From assembly GCA_964617595.1 (NCBI GenBank), contig CAZTYB010000001.1, positions 1 through 60,777 on the forward strand: a DNA stretch of 60,777 nt. The letters run 5' to 3'. Made by a program: the position numbers and the translations under genes. Below the pieces are notes generated by a model. That model did no database searches and was not told where the DNA came from. It saw only the letters and a program-made list of their open reading frames with translations. How positions within the stretch are numbered: position 1 is the first letter of the stretch; every line of letters begins with the position of its first letter. The DNA comes from an uncultured Oscillospiraceae bacterium. Its GTDB lineage: Bacteria > Bacillota > Clostridia > Oscillospirales > Oscillospiraceae. Shown here one piece after another: positions 30,066 to 40,039 of this stretch.

Positions 30066-31106
30066 TTATTCCGTTACGTAACCCCACAGAACTTTCAGGG
30101 TATTGTAAACGCCGTCAATGTGGCTGCGCTCGTAGCCGTGGCTGGCGAATACCCCCGCACCGATGAGCCCGTGGCGGATATCGTGGCCGGAGCGTAGGGT
30201 CGCCTCCACGTCGGAACCATAGTGGGGGTAGACATCCACGGCGTAGTCTGCGCCGGTTTTCTTGGCGGCATCGATGAGCTTGCCCACCACGCTGTAGCTG
30301 TATGGGCCGCCGGAATCCTTGGCGCAGATGGAGACCTGGCGCTCGGTGCAGCTCAGGCCGTCACCCACGCAACCCATGTCCACGGAGATGGCCTCCGTGA
30401 CTCCCTCGGGTACACTGGCGCAGCCGCCGTGACCCACTTCCTCGTAAACGGTGACGTGGGCATAGACCCGGCGGGAGAGGGATGCGCCGCTGTCTTTCAG
30501 ATATTTGGCGAAGCCCATCAGGATGCCAACGCTGAGTTTGTCGTCCAGGAAGCGGCTCTTGAGATAGCCGGAGGCGGTGCGGCGGGTGCGGGGGTCGAAA
30601 CAGACAATGTCCCCCACCTCGATGCCCAGTGCCCGGGTATCGGCGGCGGAGTGGACATCCTCGTCCAGGATGATCTCCATATTGTTCCAGCTGCGCTTGG
30701 TGTCGTCGTAGCTTCCGTTGACATGGAGGCTGGGGTCGTGGAGCTGGCAGGTGCCCTCGTATACTTTCCCGGAGCGGGTGTAGATGCGGACGTTCTCCGC
30801 CTCGGCATTGTTGGCATCCATACCACCGAGATTGGTGAGCTTCAGTGTGCCGTCGCCCTTGACCTGGCTGACCATGCACCCCAGGGTATCGGCATGGGCT
30901 TCCAGCAGCAGGGCATCGTTCTTGTTTTCGCCACCCAGGTCGATCAGCACGCCCCCCTTGGTAGTGAGGACAGCGTTAAAGCCCATCATCTGGAACGTGT
31001 TGCAGACCCATTTGGCCGCTTTTTCCGTGTAACCACTGGGGGAATCAATAGCCAGCAACTGCGCCGCCATGTCCCAGGCAAAATTTGCATAAGATTGATC
31101 CATCAT
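30066..31106 (-). CDS. M42-family metallopeptidase
   Basis: SPSGYT, AHADTLG, SRFLDDK, YEEVGHG, SHGYERSH. Confidence 0.92.
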   Translation of the reverse strand: MMDQSYANFAWDMAAQLLAIDSPSGYTEKAAKWVCNTFQMMGFNAVLTTKGGVLIDLGGENKNDALLLEAHADTLGCMVSQVKGDGTLKLTNLGGMDANNAEAENVRIYTRSGKVYEGTCQLHDPSLHVNGSYDDTKRSWNNMEIILDEDVHSAADTRALGIEVGDIVCFDPRTRRTASGYLKSRFLDDKLSVGILMGFAKYLKDSGASLSRRVYAHVTVYEEVGHGGCASVPEGVTEAISVDMGCVGDGLSCTERQVSICAKDSGGPYSYSVVGKLIDAAKKTGADYAVDVYPHYGSDVEATLRSGHDIRHGLIGAGVFASHGYERSHIDGVYNTLKVLWGYVTE

Positions 31107-31111
31107 TGTAT

Positions 31112-31966
31112 TTACCTCCCGAAAATGTAGAAATGCCATACTCCTGCCACTTCCCGCATGGCGTGATTCAGCAGCTGGGAGAGGACGGAGGTCTTCGCAG
31201 GAACCCCCTCGAATTCAATGCCCAGTTTCTTCGCCATCAGGCTGGCACGGTACAGGTGATATTCACTGGACAGGACTGCCAGTTTCTCCGGCCGCTGGCC
31301 GGTTTTCTCTTCGATTAAGTCCAGACTGAAGCGCAGATTCTCGTCTGTGGAGGTGGCTTTGTCCTCCATCCAGATGCGCTCCTCCGGAATGCCCAATTTC
31401 ACCAGCTCGTCATGGATGCTCTGAGCCTCGGTGATGGGCTCGTCCTCCCCCCGGCCACCGGAGACGACGGCGATGACGTTGGGGTTTGCTTGCAGGAATT
31501 CCGCCGCACCATTGATCCTGTCCCAGAGGGAAGCGGAGGGGCCGGTTTCCCGCACTTTCGCCCCCAGTACCACCAGATATTCCGCCGTGGGATTCTCCGT
31601 GCCGAAGCTGGCCTGGATGATATGCGCTTCCGTATAGGCGAAGAGCCCCAGACCGCAGATGAGGCAGAGGGTGAAGACAATGGTGCTGACCCGGGCGAAT
31701 TTCGGAGCGAATCTGCCGATCAGGGGGATGAGGGTATAAAAAAGAATAATGCCGATGATGCAAAGGCACACCAGTGCCGTGAAGCTGTAACCCGGCAACA
31801 CATATTTACAGAAGTAGGCGACAACGCCAAAGGGAATGCAGCCAGCCAGATTCCGCAGTACTTTTGGTTTCTTCCGCCGGGGCTTCCATTCCCCTCCGTG
31901 GGACTGCATCTGGCTGCGGATTCCACTGGCTTCCAGCGCTTTCTTCTGGGCAATGGATTTTTTCAT
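31112..31966 (-). CDS. YdcF/DUF218-family membrane protein
   Basis: N-terminal TM helices; VVLGA, VSGGRG.DE..TEA, ED.ATST.EN, SEYHLYRA. Confidence 0.9.
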   Translation of the reverse strand: MKKSIAQKKALEASGIRSQMQSHGGEWKPRRKKPKVLRNLAGCIPFGVVAYFCKYVLPGYSFTALVCLCIIGIILFYTLIPLIGRFAPKFARVSTIVFTLCLICGLGLFAYTEAHIIQASFGTENPTAEYLVVLGAKVRETGPSASLWDRINGAAEFLQANPNVIAVVSGGRGEDEPITEAQSIHDELVKLGIPEERIWMEDKATSTDENLRFSLDLIEEKTGQRPEKLAVLSSEYHLYRASLMAKKLGIEFEGVPAKTSVLSQLLNHAMREVAGVWHFYIFGR

Positions 31967-32019
31967 ATTGGGATCCTCTTTTTATTTCTAAAATATGGGA
32001 AAAAGGAATGGGGCTGAGT

Positions 32020-32195
32020 TTTTTCCTCCCCTGAAAGGGGAGGTGTCAGCGCCCTTAGGCGCTGACGGAGGGGTTTGCAGTTGGCAGTCATCATGATTTA
32101 CGAAATTTATGCGAACACGTACTGCCTAAACCCCCCAGTCAAAATCGGTTCCGAAGTACCGATTTTGACAGCCCCCCTTTCAGGGGGGCAAAAGG
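32020..32195 (+). repeat. REP-doublet (REPIN-like) element, copy 3 (simple form of the outer shell)
   Basis: CCCCTGAAAGGGGAGG-TGTCAGCGCC..GGCGCTGAC-GGAGGGG, spacer, CCCCCCAGTCAAAATCGG..CCGATTTTGACAGCCCCCCTTTCAGGGGGGC. Confidence 0.88.
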
Positions 32196-32225
32196 CGCAG
32201 CCTCGGAGCCACATTCCTGCTCCCT

Positions 32226-32254
32226 ATTTTACCATATGCCTTTCCCCATTACAA
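32226..32254 (-). promoter_or_regulatory. Promoter for the ydcF-like/M42 operon
   Basis: TTGTAA-17-TAAAAT with extended -10 TG. Confidence 0.65.
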
Positions 32255-32299
32255 CCGGGGGAAAAGCACCCGAAAATTAAATTTTCTTTAAATATGATT

Positions 32300-32632
32300 C
32301 TATTTTACGCGTCTTGCTTTGGCGGCGGCGGCCTTGGCCTCCTGGATCATCTCCCGCTGCTGGCGGTCGGCATAGGGCTCCAGCCGTGCCAGGTGATTGT
32401 ACCGGCTGAACATCATCATCTTCCGCTTGCTGCGCACGGCTTCGCTCTTGGTGGTGAGGATGATTTTGGCGCATTCCTTGATGATTTTGCAGTCGTTGGA
32501 AATCAGCTGCGCCGTGGCCTTTTCGTAGCGCTTGACATCGGGTTTGGCGGGAAGCTTGCAGCCGGAAGCGAACAGCGCACGTCCCCAGGCTTTCTTATCG
32601 TGACGGCCACCTAAAAACGCAAGTAATGACAT
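32300..32632 (-). CDS. Small basic hypothetical protein
   Basis: RBS GGAGG, 110 codons, no recognisable motif. Confidence 0.6.
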   Translation of the reverse strand: MSLLAFLGGRHDKKAWGRALFASGCKLPAKPDVKRYEKATAQLISNDCKIIKECAKIILTTKSEAVRSKRKMMMFSRYNHLARLEPYADRQQREMIQEAKAAAAKARRVK

Positions 32633-32794
32633 GAATGAAACCTCCATACGATTGGAACCGGGGGCACGGAATGTGTCCCTCCTTATGCTGCGCCCATTAT
32701 ATCACGGAATCCGGTAAAAAAATAGGACATTTTTCCGAATCGTGAAAAATAAACAATTCAGGGCGCATTTTGCAATGCGCCCTGGTGGGAATGA

Positions 32795-34336
32795 TTATGT
32801 TTTTTTCCAGGTGCGTTTGTTGAACAGAATCAGCACCGGGAGTATTTCCAGCCGCCCCAGCAGCATGGTAAAGGTCAGTACGATTTTGGACAGTCCGCTG
32901 TAAGCGGCGAAGCTGGAATATGGCCCGACCGCCTCGAACCCGGGGCCGACATTGGATAGGCAGGACAGAACGGCGGAGAAATTGGTGAAGAATCCGTGCT
33001 TCACGCTGTAGCTCCCGGCATCCGAAAGGATGGAGATCGTCCGGCCGTTTACCGGGTCAATGGACAGCAGCAGCAGCGCCACCAGGAACAGGAAGCAATA
33101 CAGTGTAATGAATGCGAATACATCATTTATGGTTTTGCTGTCCAGGGTCTTCCCCTCGAATTTGGCCTTGGGCACGTAGCGGGGGCTGATGAGCTGACGG
33201 ATATTGATGTAAGCCCCTTTTACGGCGATGACGATGCGGGATATCTTCACGCCGCCTGCGGTGGAACCGGCCATGGCGCCGATGAACATGACGATGATCA
33301 GGCAGGTGCTGCCAAGCATTGGCCAGACGTGGTAATCCGTGGTGGTGTAGCCCGCAGTGGTCATCAGGGACACCACCTGGAACAGGGAATGGCGGAAAGC
33401 CTCCTCGGTGGTATAGCTCTGGGGGTAAGCTTCGAACCGCCCCACCAGACTCAGGAACACCAGCCCCACGGCCACAACGATGATGGCGCAATAACTCCGG
33501 AATTCCTCACTGCGGAACATCTCCCGCCATTTCCCAATGAGCAGCAGATAATACAGGCTGAAATTGCACCCGAACAGGATCAGGAAAATGGCCATCACAT
33601 ATTGGGAGAAGGGACTGAACAGCTCCATGCTCCCGGGGATGAAACCGAAGCCGCCGGTACCGGCGCAGCCGAAAGTGGCCAGGAGGCTGAGGAAGAACTG
33701 CTCCTCTTCGTACCCGGGGATCGGCTTATCCAGCATCAGGATGATGATTTCCGCAACCGTCATACCCAGATAGATCAGGTACAGGATGCGGCTCGTTACC
33801 CGGAGCTTGGATACCAGTTTGCCCACCTGTGGGCCGGGGCTCTCCGCCCGGAGCAGGTGCATGGACGAGCCATCATTGCTCTCCGGGATGAAAATCAGCA
33901 CGAAAACCAGGATGCCCATGCCCCCAATCCAGTGGGAGAAGCTCCGCCAGAAGAGGGTGGAATGGGACAATGCGGTGATATCCTCCACGATGCTGGAGCC
34001 GGTGGTGGTGAAGCCGGACATCATCTCGAAACAGGCATCGATATAATTCGGGATCTCCCCATTGATCACGAAAGGGAGCGCTCCGAATGCGGTCATCACC
34101 ATCCAAACCAGGGCGGTCAGGGCAAAGCCCTCTTTTTGGTAGAAAGTGTTGCGCTCCGGTTTTGGGATTTGTAGTGCAAAGCCCAGCACAGTAAGCAGAA
34201 TGCACGGGGCAAGGAACGCCAGGATATGCTTTGCGGATTCCCGATATGCGATGCTGACAGCCAGGGGTGCCAGCATCAGTATCCCCTCCAGGATCATGAT
34301 CTTGCCAAGGAGGGTACCTAATTTCTTATAATTCAT
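32795..34336 (-). CDS. trkH: Trk potassium uptake membrane protein
   Basis: FEMMSGFTTTGS, WIGGMGI, TTAGY, GSTAGGVK, LSNVGPG, GRLEI. Confidence 0.95.
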   Translation of the reverse strand: MNYKKLGTLLGKIMILEGILMLAPLAVSIAYRESAKHILAFLAPCILLTVLGFALQIPKPERNTFYQKEGFALTALVWMVMTAFGALPFVINGEIPNYIDACFEMMSGFTTTGSSIVEDITALSHSTLFWRSFSHWIGGMGILVFVLIFIPESNDGSSMHLLRAESPGPQVGKLVSKLRVTSRILYLIYLGMTVAEIIILMLDKPIPGYEEEQFFLSLLATFGCAGTGGFGFIPGSMELFSPFSQYVMAIFLILFGCNFSLYYLLLIGKWREMFRSEEFRSYCAIIVVAVGLVFLSLVGRFEAYPQSYTTEEAFRHSLFQVVSLMTTAGYTTTDYHVWPMLGSTCLIIVMFIGAMAGSTAGGVKISRIVIAVKGAYINIRQLISPRYVPKAKFEGKTLDSKTINDVFAFITLYCFLFLVALLLLSIDPVNGRTISILSDAGSYSVKHGFFTNFSAVLSCLSNVGPGFEAVGPYSSFAAYSGLSKIVLTFTMLLGRLEILPVLILFNKRTWKKT

Positions 34337-34348
34337 GGCGCATCACCC

Positions 34349-35704
34349 TTATTCAAATGCATCGGTCAGGTCATCAAAATTCTTGTGGGTGGTGACCACG
34401 ACTACATTGTCCCCCAGCTGGATGGTGGAATCACCGTTGGGGATGATGACTTCGTTTTCCCGAATGATGCAGGCGATGAGGCAATTTTTCTTGATTTTCA
34501 GCGCTTTGAGGGGCTTGTCATAAATGCGCTCCGGCTTCTTCGCTGCGAATTCCAGCGCCTCCACCTGGTTGTTGACCAGCTGATACAGGGTAAGTACATT
34601 ACTGCCCCGGGAATTGGCCAGCGCCCGGGCGTAGCTGACGATGCGGCTGGCAACCACCCGCCGGGGGGAGACAGTATTGTCGATGCCCAGCTCGTCCAGC
34701 ATGGTGAATAGATCGTCATTCTTGATTTGGGTGATGGTTTTGGGCACCCGCATTTTGTTGGCGAACATGGATACGATCATATTCTCCTCGTCGATATCCG
34801 TCAGGGCAACGAAAGCATCCATTGCTTCAATTCCCTCCTCAAGCAGCAGATCGTGCTTGGTGCCGTTGCCCCGGGTGACGGTGACACGGGGCAGGGTATC
34901 GGCCAGTTCTTCCGCCTTGGCGGAATTCTCTTCGATGAGTTTTACGCTGTACTTCTTCTGGGACAGGGTATCTGCCAGATAGTAGCCGATCCGTCCGCCG
35001 CCAACGATCATCACCTGCTTCACCGGGGAATTGATCAGCTTCGCTTCCTCCAGGAAACCGTTTAAGTTCCTTGCATCCGCCGTGATATGGATCCTGTCTT
35101 CCTCCTGGATGACGAAATGACCGCCGGGGATGCTCACCTGGCTGCCCCGCTGCACGGCGCACACCAGTACCCGGGAACGGAATTTCTGGCCGATGGAAAT
35201 CAGGCTCTCGCCGATGAGGGCGCAACCTTTTTTTGCGATGATCTCCACCAGTAATACTTTTCCCTTGGCGAAATGCTCCATATGGCATACGGAGGGCAGG
35301 TTGATCAGGTTAAATATTTCTTCCGCCGTCTCCCATTCCGGATTGACCACCATGGAGATACCCAAATCATCTTTCATGTGGGCAATCTGGCTGCGGTAAT
35401 CCGGGTTGCGTACCCGGGCGACGGTATGCCTGACCCCAAGGCGCTTGGCCACCATGCAGGCGAAGATATTCAGCTCGTCATTCCGGGTCAATGCAATGAC
35501 CAGATTCGCATCGGGCACCCCGGCCTCCTGCTGGATATCCATCCGGGCGCCGTTGCCCACAACGCCAAAGATATCGTATCGCTCGATCAGATTCTCGACC
35601 AGTTCCCGGCGTTCGTCAATAATGGTGATGGTGTGGTCTTCCTGGGAAAGCCGCGCCAGAATGGTCTTGCCAATGCTGCCAAGGCCAATGATAATGATTT
35701 TCAT
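34349..35704 (-). CDS. trkA: Trk potassium uptake NAD-binding regulatory subunit
   Basis: Two RCK domains (IIGLGSIG; IVGGGRIG); start MKIII. Confidence 0.95.
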   Translation of the reverse strand: MKIIIIGLGSIGKTILARLSQEDHTITIIDERRELVENLIERYDIFGVVGNGARMDIQQEAGVPDANLVIALTRNDELNIFACMVAKRLGVRHTVARVRNPDYRSQIAHMKDDLGISMVVNPEWETAEEIFNLINLPSVCHMEHFAKGKVLLVEIIAKKGCALIGESLISIGQKFRSRVLVCAVQRGSQVSIPGGHFVIQEEDRIHITADARNLNGFLEEAKLINSPVKQVMIVGGGRIGYYLADTLSQKKYSVKLIEENSAKAEELADTLPRVTVTRGNGTKHDLLLEEGIEAMDAFVALTDIDEENMIVSMFANKMRVPKTITQIKNDDLFTMLDELGIDNTVSPRRVVASRIVSYARALANSRGSNVLTLYQLVNNQVEALEFAAKKPERIYDKPLKALKIKKNCLIACIIRENEVIIPNGDSTIQLGDNVVVVTTHKNFDDLTDAFE

Positions 35705-35958
35705 AACCTCATCTCCATGATTGCTGTTCCCGTTGTTTCCGTACAATATAGCACAGTCCGCTAAAAAAAACAAGCCTCCCATAACCACGCTATCAGCAAA
35801 AACTGAGCAAGAGCGCAATTTTGATGATCTTTTTCTGTGAAAACGGGTTGCCATCCCCAGACGGCTGTGCTATAATTTGATTAAAACGTTTCGATGCTTG
35901 ATTTTTCCATTTTTGGATGGCAAGACCATTTTATCCACCGGGACAGGAGGGAACCGTT

Positions 35959-36318
35959 ATGACCATTGCGCAATGCTATCAGCAATTGGGGGGAGATTAT
36001 TCCCAGGCGCTGAGCCGCCTGTCCAGTCCGGCACTGGTGGAGAGATTTGTGGGGATGTTCCTGAAAGATTCCAGCTTCGATGAGCTCTGCGCCGCCGTCC
36101 GGGCGGGGCAGACGGAGGCGGCTTTCCGTGCCGCCCACACCCTGAAAGGGGTCAGCGCCAATTTGAGCTTTGACCGGTTGCACCATTCGTCGAGCGATTT
36201 GGTGGAGCTTCTACGGGGGCGGCAGGGTTCGCTCCCACCGGAGACGGCTGCGATCATGGAGCGGGTCACGGAGGATTACCGTGCAACGGTGGCAGCCATC
36301 CGGGCGTTTCAGTCATAG
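35959..36318 (+). CDS. Stand-alone Hpt phosphotransfer protein
   Basis: AFRAAHTLKGVSANL; RBS AGGAGG; promoter TTGCCA-17-TATAAT at ~35849-35877. Confidence 0.88.
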   Translation: MTIAQCYQQLGGDYSQALSRLSSPALVERFVGMFLKDSSFDELCAAVRAGQTEAAFRAAHTLKGVSANLSFDRLHHSSSDLVELLRGRQGSLPPETAAIMERVTEDYRATVAAIRAFQS

Positions 36319-36356
36319 GTTTTTGCCCATTTTCACCCGAACCGGGAAGAAAGAAG

Positions 36357-38039
36357 ATGAATCGGATGCAGAAAAAACGAGTGCTTGTTGTGGAAGACAA
36401 CGAATTGAATCGGGCGATGCTGTGCCAGATCCTGTCCCAGGAATACCAGATCCTGGAAGCGGAGAATGGCCGGGAAGCGCTGGAGATTCTGCGGGAATAC
36501 CAAGACGGCATCTCCCTGGTTTTCCTGGATATGGTGATGCCGGTGATGGATGGCATTGCGTTCCTGGATCGTTTGCGCTCCGATAGCAGATTGTCTTTCG
36601 TTCCCGTGGTGGTGACGACCCAGAGTAGCTCCGAGGAAGATGAGGTCATCGCCCTTGCCCATGGAGCCACGGACTTTGTGCCCAAGCCCTACCGGCCAAA
36701 GATCATCCTCCACCGGGCGGCGAACCTGATCGCCCTGCGGGAGAATGCCGCCATGGTGAACCAGTTTATGTATGACCGGCTCACGGGACTGTATAGCCGG
36801 GAATATTTCTACCAAAAGGTACGGGAGTTCCTGGAAGAGAATCCCAACGAGAATTTTTCCATTGCCTGTGTCAATGTGGAGAATTTCAAGGTATATAATG
36901 ACATCTTCGGCACCAGTGCCGGGGACGACACCTTGCGGAAAATCGCCGACCAGGTGCGGGAGATGGCCGTGGGTACCGGGCTGTGCGCCCGCTATGGGGC
37001 GGATCGGTTCCTTTGCCTGCGCACCCAGGAGGGATTGCAGAAATGGATGCACTCCGGCGGCCAGGAGATGGGGCTGAATCTGCGCAATATCGTGCTGAAA
37101 TGGGGCATCTACAAGATCTCTGACCGGAGCGTGCCGGTGGAGAAGATGTGTGACCGGGCGTTCTTGGTGGCGGACAGCATCAAGGGGCATTATAACCAGT
37201 GGGTCGGCGTTTACGATGATGTATTGCGGGATCAGCTCCTGCGGGAGCAGGCGATTACCGAATCCATGGAGAACGCCCTGGAGCAGGGGCAGTTCGCCGT
37301 CTATTTGCAGCCCAAGTACTGGCTCCAGGATGATTCCCTGGCCGGGGCAGAGGCGCTGGCTCGGTGGCTCCATCCGGAGCTGGGCTTCATGAATCCGGGG
37401 GAATTCATCCCCCTGTTCGAAAAGAACGGATTTATCACAAAATTAGACCGCTATGTGTGGGAGCAGACCTGTAAATTGCTCCAATCCTGGCAGCGTAAGG
37501 GATTCCCGTCCCTGCCCGTGTCGGTGAACGTATCCCGGGCGGACGTATATCAGGAAGATTTGCCGGAAATATTGGCGGGACTGGTGAATCAGTATGGCAT
37601 CGACCCCGGTCAGCTCCACCTGGAATTGACCGAAAGCGCCTATACGGAGAATCCGAACCAGATCATCTCCATGGTGGAGCGGCTGCGCCAGCGGGGCTTC
37701 GTGGTAGAGATGGACGATTTCGGGAGCGGCTATTCGTCCCTGAATATGCTCAACCAGGTGAAGCTGGATATCCTGAAACTGGATATGAAATTCATCCAGA
37801 CGGAGACCGCCAAACCCGGAGAGATGAGCCTGATGCGGTTCGTGGTGAATCTGGCCAAATGGATGAACCTGAGCACCGTGGCCGAGGGCGTGGAGACCAA
37901 AGCGCAGCTGGAACGGTTGCGGGACGTGGGATGCGACTATGCCCAGGGGTATTATTTCTTCCGGCCACTGCCGGTGGCGGAATTCGAATCCCTGATGCAG
38001 CGGGAGCAGCAGAAGCAGCTCAGCGCCCTATACAGCTGA
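36357..38039 (+). CDS. Receiver-GGDEF(degenerate)-EAL c-di-GMP phosphodiesterase
   Basis: REC (VEDN, FLDMVMP, KP); GGDEF replaced by GADRF; intact EAL, ELTES, DDFGSGYSS, EGVE, QGY. Confidence 0.9.
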   Translation: MNRMQKKRVLVVEDNELNRAMLCQILSQEYQILEAENGREALEILREYQDGISLVFLDMVMPVMDGIAFLDRLRSDSRLSFVPVVVTTQSSSEEDEVIALAHGATDFVPKPYRPKIILHRAANLIALRENAAMVNQFMYDRLTGLYSREYFYQKVREFLEENPNENFSIACVNVENFKVYNDIFGTSAGDDTLRKIADQVREMAVGTGLCARYGADRFLCLRTQEGLQKWMHSGGQEMGLNLRNIVLKWGIYKISDRSVPVEKMCDRAFLVADSIKGHYNQWVGVYDDVLRDQLLREQAITESMENALEQGQFAVYLQPKYWLQDDSLAGAEALARWLHPELGFMNPGEFIPLFEKNGFITKLDRYVWEQTCKLLQSWQRKGFPSLPVSVNVSRADVYQEDLPEILAGLVNQYGIDPGQLHLELTESAYTENPNQIISMVERLRQRGFVVEMDDFGSGYSSLNMLNQVKLDILKLDMKFIQTETAKPGEMSLMRFVVNLAKWMNLSTVAEGVETKAQLERLRDVGCDYAQGYYFFRPLPVAEFESLMQREQQKQLSALYS

Positions 38040-38204
38040 GATGGGAACATATATCGTTTATTTGCGGTGGAGGTCGTTTTCCGGCCTCTGCCGCTGTTTT
38101 TGAATTTCGTCTCCCCGGATGGGTTCGGCACAAGTTCGTGCTTGCCTATCCCGGGGAGATGAATTATAATGAGGATAAAGATTAAAAATACAGGAGGCTC
38201 CAGG

Positions 38205-38981
38205 ATGGAATTTAAAATTCTTGCAGTGGGCGATGTTGTGGGTAACCCGGGGATGGAGCGGGTTCGCCGCCATCTTCGCCGACTGAAAAAGCAGACCGGG
38301 GCGGATTTCACCATCGTCAATGGGGAAAACGCCAGCGTGGTGGGCATTATGCCCAATCAGGCGGAGGATATCCTGGATGCCGGGGCGGATGTGATCACGC
38401 TGGGGAATCACAGCTTTGCCAAACGGGAGATCACCCCCTATCTGGATGAATCCAGATGCATCCTGCGCCCGGCCAATTATGCGCCCCAGGTTCCCGGCCG
38501 GGGATGGGGCGTGTACGAGAGCCGGTTCGGAGATGTGGCGGTGATCGACCTGGTTGGCCGGTGCGGCATGGACTATGGGCCGGACAATCCGTTCCTGATG
38601 ATCGACAAAATATTGAAGCAGGTGGAGGCAAAGTTCATCCTGGTGGAGATGCACGCCGAAGCCACCTCGGAGAAATTGGCCATGGGCTATATGCTCGATG
38701 GTCGGGTCAGTGCCCTGTGGGGCACCCATACCCATGTGCCCACGGCGGATGCCCGGGTGCTACCCAAGGGCACCGGCTACGTCACCGATCTGGGCATGAC
38801 CGGGCCGCAGGAGTCGGTTCTGGGCATTCGTCCGGAGCTGTCCATCGGCAAATTCCGGGGGGATCTGCCCCAGCGCTACCGCTGGGCGGAGGGCGCAACC
38901 AAGATGGAAGCGGTGCTCTTCACACTGGACAGCCAGACGGGTAAATGCCTCCGGGCAGAGAGGGTGGATCAATGGGACTGA
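38205..38981 (+). CDS. ymdB: YmdB-like (TIGR00282) metallophosphoesterase
   Basis: GDVVG, NGEN, TLGNH, HAEATSEK, GTHTHVPTAD, TDLGMTG. Confidence 0.92.
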   Translation: MEFKILAVGDVVGNPGMERVRRHLRRLKKQTGADFTIVNGENASVVGIMPNQAEDILDAGADVITLGNHSFAKREITPYLDESRCILRPANYAPQVPGRGWGVYESRFGDVAVIDLVGRCGMDYGPDNPFLMIDKILKQVEAKFILVEMHAEATSEKLAMGYMLDGRVSALWGTHTHVPTADARVLPKGTGYVTDLGMTGPQESVLGIRPELSIGKFRGDLPQRYRWAEGATKMEAVLFTLDSQTGKCLRAERVDQWD

Positions 38982-40039
38982 GACTGCTGCATAGCGCCGA
39001 CTGGCATTTGGGAACCCCTTTCCGTTCCCTGCCGGAGGAGAACCGGGAACAGCTCAGCAAAATACAGCTGGATATCCCACAGCGCATGGCGGAGATCTGC
39101 CAGCGGGAGGGATGCGACCTGGTGCTGCTGTCCGGTGACCTGTTCGATACTCCCACCCCCGATGGCTGGAGCGTGGAGGCGCTGCGCCGTGGGCTGGAGC
39201 GGTGCGCCGTTCCGGTGTGCATTTCTCCGGGGAATCATGATTTCTGCGCCGTGGATTCCCCCTGGGTCACGGAAATCTGGCCGGAGAATGTGCATATTTT
39301 TAAGGGCGATATGGAATATCTGGATTTCCCGGAACTGGATTGCCGGGTGTATGGTGCGGGGTACCGGAGCATGGACTGTTCGGCGCTGCTGGAAGATTTC
39401 TGCCCCTCCGGCGCTCGGCGCTGGAATCTGGGCGTGCTCCATGGTGACCCGGTGAATGCCAATTCTCCCTGCTGCCCGGTGACCGCCGCCCAGGTGAAGC
39501 GATCCGGGCTCAACTATCTGGCGCTGGGGCATATTCATGCCTCCGGCTCTTTCCGGACGGGGGAAACCCTGTGCGCCTGGCCGGGCTGCCCCATGGGGCG
39601 GGGCTGGGACGAGACCGGGGAGAAAGGGATGTATCTTGTGGATTTGGAGCAGACCGCCGAAATCCGTTGGCTCCCCCTGGATTATCCCCGCTTTTTTGAC
39701 CTCACCGTGGAAATCGGCGAGGATCCGATGGGGGCACTGGAAGCGGCGCTGCCCCCGGCACAGAGCCGGAACCTGTACCGGGTGACCCTCACCGGGGAGG
39801 GGAGCGTGGATACCGGGGCACTGAAACGGCGCTTCCCCCATCTGGCGCTGCTGCTCCTGCGTGACGAGACCCGGCAGAAGTCCGACCCCTGGGCATTGGC
39901 CGGGGAGGACAGCCTCCGGGGACTTTATTTTGAGTTGCTCCGGCAGCGATCCCAGGAGCCGGGGCAGGAGGATATCGCCCAATTGGCGGCGACCCTTTCC
40001 GGGAAATTGCTCCGGGGGGAGGAGGTGGCGCTGCCATGA
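38972..40039 (+). CDS. Mre11/SbcD-like DNA repair nuclease (YhaO-like)
   Basis: HSADWHLG, SGDLFD, PGNHD, YLALGHIH, PMGRGWDETG. Confidence 0.9.
   Translation: MGLRLLHSADWHLGTPFRSLPEENREQLSKIQLDIPQRMAEICQREGCDLVLLSGDLFDTPTPDGWSVEALRRGLERCAVPVCISPGNHDFCAVDSPWVTEIWPENVHIFKGDMEYLDFPELDCRVYGAGYRSMDCSALLEDFCPSGARRWNLGVLHGDPVNANSPCCPVTAAQVKRSGLNYLALGHIHASGSFRTGETLCAWPGCPMGRGWDETGEKGMYLVDLEQTAEIRWLPLDYPRFFDLTVEIGEDPMGALEAALPPAQSRNLYRVTLTGEGSVDTGALKRRFPHLALLLLRDETRQKSDPWALAGEDSLRGLYFELLRQRSQEPGQEDIAQLAATLSGKLLRGEEVALP

Noticed and set aside
35710..35880. c-di-AMP (ydaO) riboswitch upstream of trkA
   Set aside because: No matching motif; the likely promoter leaves only a short leader.
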